Below, one piece after another: positions 59,379 to 64,000 of a DNA stretch of 64,000 bases. The position numbers were made by a program, and so were the translations under genes. The stretch's first letter is position 1. Every line of letters begins with the position of its first letter. The notes below the pieces were generated by a model, which saw only the letters and a list, made by a program, of their open reading frames with translations, searched no databases and had not been told where the DNA came from. Source of the DNA: an uncultured Chthonomonadaceae bacterium (GTDB lineage Bacteria > Armatimonadota > Chthonomonadetes > Chthonomonadales > Chthonomonadaceae); contig CAWIEK010000049.1 of the NCBI GenBank assembly GCA_963835065.1, positions 96,001 through 160,000 of the forward strand, written 5' to 3'.

Positions 59379-59852
59379 ATTCTCCTGAGTGAGTGGCGCG
59401 AAACTACAGGCGTGTTGTCCCGCCTAAAGCCGTCTTCGCCGACATCCGAATCAAAAGAAACGGCTGCCGCAATGCGGCGAGCGCAAGCCGGGACAACCAC
59501 CAACCTATTTAGTTCCTGCCGCAAGTGAGCAAAGACAGTCGGCATTCCGAGATGATTGCAGGAGACTGACAAGGGAAGATAGGGGTCAGGGAAAACGGAC
59601 AGAATCCGCTTACCCTGAACCCTGCGTTCATGTCAGGCGTGGCTGCGTTTGAATGGTAGCCGACTGTCGGGCGGGCGCAATGCGATTGGCAAAGACGCCC
59701 TTACAATTTGTCTGAACACGGAAAATGAAATGTTTGGTGTTGAGCCTTATATATTAAGGGTAAGGTTCAAACGTGTTCAGGCGGTACGATAAAACTTGGA
59801 CAAGCGAAACAGCAAGAAAATCTAAGCCGCACAGCGCAAAGGCTGTGTGAAC

Positions 59853-60128
59853 TTAGATTTTGCTGCGAATGTTCAGCTTGCCGACCAGAGCGCGGTAGCG
59901 ATCAATGTCCGTAGCAACCAGATACGACAGCATCCGTTTGCGGCGTCCAACCATCATAAACAATCCCCGGCGGGAGTGATGATCGTGCTTGTGTTCGCGC
60001 AGGTGATCGGTCAGTTGGTTGATGCGGGCGGTCAGCAAAGCGACCTGCACTTCCGGGGAACCGGTGTCGGTTTCGGTCAGCGCATTGCCGGTAATCACGG
60101 TTTTCTTAAAATCTTTCTTCAGCGGCAC
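59853..60128 (-). CDS. rpsO: 30S ribosomal protein S15
   Basis: [29 protein letters not shown]. Confidence 0.97.
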   Translation of the reverse strand: MPLKKDFKKTVITGNALTETDTGSPEVQVALLTARINQLTDHLREHKHDHHSRRGLFMMVGRRKRMLSYLVATDIDRYRALVGKLNIRSKI

Positions 60129-60161
60129 TCGAAAAACCTCCTTTTGAGCCTAATACTACAC

Positions 60162-60190
60162 AGTTTAGCATAGTTTCAAAGAGAAGTCAA
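60162..60190 (-). promoter_or_regulatory. Sigma70 promoter of rpsO
   Basis: TTGACT-N17-TAAACT with extended -10 TG. Confidence 0.65.
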
Positions 60191-60233
60191 AGCGGCAAGG
60201 CATATTTATTCACTCGGCTTGCCGAAGACGACG

Positions 60234-61112
60234 TTAAGGACAGGCGTTGGAGCGCGTAAGCCGAACGGAATGGGAAAAGGCGGAGGCAGTAAGGGGAACA
60301 GGGAGGCGAGGAGGATGTAGCAGCGGTGTGGAGCCGGAAGCGGGAAGCAGAAACGAGGCGGGTGTCAGGCGAATGGCCCGTTTTGAGGCGGAAGTGGATA
60401 ACAGGGAAGCCGAGTAAGCGGAATTGTCAGGCATCCTGTTAAAAGGATTCACGGATACGGAACCGGGTACGGCGATACTTCTGCGCCCGTTGCTGTAACC
60501 GAGCCAGTAACTCGACCATAAGGAGGTAATCACGGCGACCAATCCGGCTATTCCGGTGGCGAAGCGCATCCATCGGGTGCGGGCGTGTACGCGGTGCGCG
60601 GCAAAGGCGACGGCTTCTACGGGCACGGACGGCAGGGCGTCCATGATGTTGTCTACGGCAGCTTCAAAGTGTAAGGACGACGGGAGCGGCGTACTCTCAC
60701 GCCACTCCCGCTCTATGGTTTCATCAACTGTTGACATGGCTTCCAAAATCTCGGCGCAATGGGGGCATTGTTTCAGGTGCGCGCCGACAAGTCGGGTCTG
60801 ATCGGAATCCAGTTCGCCATCGAGATACGCGGATAGATTTGCCGCGATAAAGTTGCAGCCTTGTGCTTCCATGTCGGTGTCCTGCAGCGAGCGTGTCCCG
60901 GCTGGAAAAAACGCGGGATCGCTGAAAAAGGATTTATCGCCGCCTGCCAAAAGGACAGACGGCGAATAAGGTTGATGTTGTGTCGGGTTGGAAGGCGCGT
61001 CATAGGACGCGCCCGGCGTCGTCGCGGTCTGCGGCTGGCGCTTGCTATTATGGTCTTCGTCACGGGTGACAAAGGCGTTATTGGCGTTTTTACCAAAGTT
61101 GCGGTTTAACAT
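60234..61112 (-). CDS. Zinc-finger (zf-HC2) transmembrane anti-sigma factor
   Basis: C....LSAYLDGEL..HLKQCPHC; one TM segment; overlaps the sigma stop codon. Confidence 0.85.
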   Translation of the reverse strand: MLNRNFGKNANNAFVTRDEDHNSKRQPQTATTPGASYDAPSNPTQHQPYSPSVLLAGGDKSFFSDPAFFPAGTRSLQDTDMEAQGCNFIAANLSAYLDGELDSDQTRLVGAHLKQCPHCAEILEAMSTVDETIEREWRESTPLPSSLHFEAAVDNIMDALPSVPVEAVAFAAHRVHARTRWMRFATGIAGLVAVITSLWSSYWLGYSNGRRSIAVPGSVSVNPFNRMPDNSAYSASLLSTSASKRAIRLTPASFLLPASGSTPLLHPPRLPVPLTASAFSHSVRLTRSNACP

Positions 61113-61678
61113 TCTACAGCCTCTTGCAGGGCTTCTCGCAGGCGCGCTCGTCCCCGGTGCAGCCACGACCGCACGCTGTTGACGGGAACGCCCATGAGTT
61201 CTGCGATTTCCTCGTATGTCATGCCTTCCAGCAGGCGCATACCCAAAGCGGCGCGCTGCTGGGGCGGCAGAAAATCCAGTGCGGTTTGTACGCGGGCGCG
61301 CTCTTCGGCGCGCAGAAAGCGCTCTTCAGGGTCGTCTTCCAGCGACGCGGGTAGGGTTTCGGCCATCAGGTCAATGGAGTACGACGTTTTGGAAGCGCGG
61401 GCGGTTGCCGTTTGCGTCCGGTTCAGGCAGTGGTTGACCGTCAGGCGGCGCAGCCACGCCCCGAACGCGCCCCGGCCCGCGAATTGGCCCAGCGCTTCGT
61501 ACACGCGCACAAACACTTCCTGCGTGGCGTCTTCCGCGTCGTCCGCGTTGCGCAGGATGCTGCGGCACAAGCGAAAAACGCCGGTGTAGTGCCGTTCCAC
61601 CAGTACGCGGAAAGCCGCGCGATCACCCGTCAGGGTGCGCGCTACCAGCTTTTCGTCGGTTGGAATGTGAGACATCAT
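61106..61678 (-). CDS. ECF RNA polymerase sigma factor
   Basis: DAEDATQEVF, FGAWLRRL..N, TYEEIAELMG..SVRSWLHRGR. Confidence 0.92.
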   Translation of the reverse strand: MMSHIPTDEKLVARTLTGDRAAFRVLVERHYTGVFRLCRSILRNADDAEDATQEVFVRVYEALGQFAGRGAFGAWLRRLTVNHCLNRTQTATARASKTSYSIDLMAETLPASLEDDPEERFLRAEERARVQTALDFLPPQQRAALGMRLLEGMTYEEIAELMGVPVNSVRSWLHRGRARLREALQEAVEC

Positions 61679-62125
61679 CGTTTCGCCTGCCGTTTCCGTC
61701 AGCTTGCAGCAATTGTCGAGAGATCAGGAAGGGTATTCCTGCGTGGGTGTATGGGAAAAGGTTGTTGCCCCTAATCACCGTCGCGCCAACGTCTGCAGCC
61801 GCTCCTGCACCCCTTGACAGAGCTGCTGCGCGGAAAGTTGCAGCGCATGACAAAGATTTTATAATTTCTTTTTGAGGGGAATTTAGCGCGTTGGTATGTT
61901 GGCGCGACGGGCTGAACCCTACACCAATGTCTCAACGTTGAGAAACCTTTTCTGCAAGTTCTGCGCTGCCAACAACCTACCCGTGTGGTATACTATGCTT
62001 ACGAAGCGCTATTCCCATTGCTGGCTGCCGGAATGTTGTGTTGAGTGACAAAATCGCGCGTTTGACTGAAGTACGCGCAGTCTGATTTTGTCGCTTTGAA
62101 CATTTCGGACACAGGAACTCTTTCG

Positions 62126-63118
62126 ATGACCGCAACCACTTTTGAATCTTCCTTGGAATCCACATTAGAATCTTCACGGTTGACCTCGCCTTTAGAGATC
62201 GGCCTGGAAACCGAAGCCACCGAACCAACTGTCGCCGTTCCCGCAGAAACGTTTGTTTATCTGAACGGCAAGGTTGTGCCGAAATCCGATGCCCGCGTGT
62301 CTATTTACGATCATGGATTTTTGTACGGGGATGGCGCGTTTGAGGGTATCCGGGTTTATGAGCGGAATATCTTTCGCCTGGTTCCGCATCTGGAGCGCTT
62401 GTTCCGGTCCTGCAAGGCGCTGCACATTGATTTGGGCATGAATTTGGCGCAAATGCAGGCGGCGGTTGTTTCCGTTGTTCGCGCCAACAGGCTTCAGGCA
62501 GGGTATATCCGCCTGAGCGTATCGCGCGGAGTAGGGCTTGGGCTTGATCCGAGCCATTTGCGCGGAAGCGCAACGGTGGTGATTTCTACCGAGCAATTGC
62601 GCCTGTACCCGGAGGAATTGTACGAGCGCGGCCTGGACGTGATTACCGCGAGTACGCGCGTTCCGCCGGCTGTGTGCCTTGATCCGCAGGTAAAATCTCT
62701 GGGCCGCTACATTAATAACATCAACGCCAAAATGGAAGCGAACCGGGTGGGCGCGGGCGAAGCCCTGATGCTGAACATGCAGGGCAACGTAGCCGAAGCG
62801 ACGGGAGACAATCTCTTTTTGGTGAAGGACGGCGAACTGACCACGCCGCCGACCAGCGAGGGCGCGTTGCCCGGAATTACGCGGCAGGCCGTGATGGACC
62901 TCGCAAAAGATTTAGGCTACACCTGCCGACAATCTATCACAACCTTATATGATGTTTATAATGCAGACGAAGCGTTTTTGACGGGAACGGCAGCAGAAGT
63001 CATTCCAATGATTACCTGCGACGCCAGAGCCATTGGCGACGGCAAGCCGGGTAAAATCACGGAACGCATTATTGCCGCGTTTCGAGAATTGACGCTGACC
63101 GATGGGGTGCGCGTGTGA
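62126..63118 (+). CDS. ilvE: Branched-chain amino acid aminotransferase
   Basis: DHGFLYGDGAFEGIR, QVKSL, EATGDNLF, LPGITR, EAFLTGTAAEV. Confidence 0.93.
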   Translation: MTATTFESSLESTLESSRLTSPLEIGLETEATEPTVAVPAETFVYLNGKVVPKSDARVSIYDHGFLYGDGAFEGIRVYERNIFRLVPHLERLFRSCKALHIDLGMNLAQMQAAVVSVVRANRLQAGYIRLSVSRGVGLGLDPSHLRGSATVVISTEQLRLYPEELYERGLDVITASTRVPPAVCLDPQVKSLGRYINNINAKMEANRVGAGEALMLNMQGNVAEATGDNLFLVKDGELTTPPTSEGALPGITRQAVMDLAKDLGYTCRQSITTLYDVYNADEAFLTGTAAEVIPMITCDARAIGDGKPGKITERIIAAFRELTLTDGVRV

Positions 63119-63130
63119 CCATGCAACACG

Positions 63131-63161
63131 AAAACGACACTCGTTCCTGAGTGTCGTTTTT
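63131..63161 (+). terminator. Intrinsic terminator after ilvE
   Basis: AAAACGACACTC-GTTCCT-GAGTGTCGTTTTT. Confidence 0.75.
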
Positions 63162-63539
63162 GTTGAGGCTTTGCGCAGCCCTCAACCTCCTATTCCTTCT
63201 GCTGAAAATCCGGCGAGAGGGTAGCAAATTACTCAAAAAAGTGAACGCTGGTGGTGAGGCTGCAGTTTTGAAACCTGTTCGTAGGAGCGGGGCGCGAATT
63301 GTGAAATAGGCCAATCGAGAGGAACTTTTCCTCCTGCGATTCGACTAATAGATAGTATCTGTCAGACATTGCACAAAATTCCTTCCAATCGTTTGCGCGA
63401 GTTGGGAAATCACAGGAAACTATTTGTAGCGGTTGTTTGTGTCGGCATCAACGGGTGATCACAGCTTCCACCAATTCTTTTGTTCGCATGCGCGGCCTGA
63501 GAGGATTGCCGGGAGATTGTCAAGGAAGGACGAAGGACC

Positions 63540-64000
63540 ATGTGGCAGCGGTTTACAGAGCGGGCGCGGCGGGTGGTATTCTTCGCTCAGGAAGAAGCCG
63601 GCCGTCTGGGCGAGAACTACGTTTCCACCGAGCATCTCTTACTCGGACTGGTGCGTGAAAACGACAGCGTAGCGGCGCGTATTTTGGATCGCATGGGCGT
63701 GTCATTGGGACGCATCCGCAGCGAGATTGAGCGGCAGGTGACGCGGGGTGACGGGCGGTTGGGGCAGGACATGCAGTTGACGCCCCGCGCAAAGCGCGTG
63801 ATTGATCTGGCGTATGACGAAGCGCGGCAGTTGAGCAATAACTACATCGGCACGGAGCATCTGCTGCTCGGCCTTATCCGCGAGGGTGAGGGACTGGCGG
63901 GGCGCGTGCTGGCGAAATTGGGCGTTGAACTGGAGCGGACGCGCCGCGAAGTGATGGCGCTGCAGGACAACGACAGCGGGATGCAGGCTCCGGCAAGTGG
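63540..64000 (+). CDS. clpC: ClpC-type ATP-dependent Clp protease subunit, N-terminal part (runs off window)
   Basis: Manual translation MWQRFTERARRVVFFAQEEA..TEHLLLGL..TPRAKRVI..YIGTEHLLLGL (two Clp_N repeats). Confidence 0.85.
   Translation, partial: MWQRFTERARRVVFFAQEEAGRLGENYVSTEHLLLGLVRENDSVAARILDRMGVSLGRIRSEIERQVTRGDGRLGQDMQLTPRAKRVIDLAYDEARQLSNNYIGTEHLLLGLIREGEGLAGRVLAKLGVELERTRREVMALQDNDSGMQAPAS

Noticed and set aside
59380..59850. Named ncRNA in the rpsO-pnp spacer
   Set aside because: Some pairing potential, but no family could be supported by eye; needs an Rfam scan.
61995..62125. T-box or leader-peptide attenuator before ilvE
   Set aside because: No T-box consensus, no Ile/Leu/Val-rich leader peptide and no terminator seen.
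63330..63539. CtsR/HrcA operator upstream of clpC
   Set aside because: No GTCAAA direct repeat or CIRCE inverted repeat found by eye.

Overview
A 64-kb GC-rich bacterial chromosomal segment, probably Armatimonadota. That assignment is inferred from two DUF1559/H-X9-DG prepilin-type genes ([27 protein letters not shown]) and a ClpC starting MWQRFTERARRVVFFAQEEA. Most genes are housekeeping or metabolic: accC, dgt, ilvA, ppk1, rsmA, nagA, clpS, maf, pnp, rpsO, ilvE, clpC, ABC transporters and secreted hydrolases. I saw no rRNA, tRNA, CRISPR array, transposase or integrase. About 13 single-base frameshifts, mostly +1 in short homopolymers, split otherwise intact genes and are most likely long-read consensus errors. 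Most notable: (1) a HigBA-type toxin-antitoxin cassette bracketed by a ~174-bp duplication of its host gene's 3' end, where all 11 substitutions are synonymous; (2) an AT-rich insert encoding a GHKL ATPase fused to an HEXXH metallopeptidase, a candidate defence gene; (3) an AT-rich orphan nucleotidyltransferase-like toxin tip with a candidate immunity gene; (4) pervasive 7/8/9-mer tandem arrays in inverted pairs at gene boundaries, which supply start and stop codons and sometimes mirror gene ends. One pair of convergent genes both end AESI* across a perfect 28-bp palindrome. All family calls come from motif recognition by eye, not from database searches.
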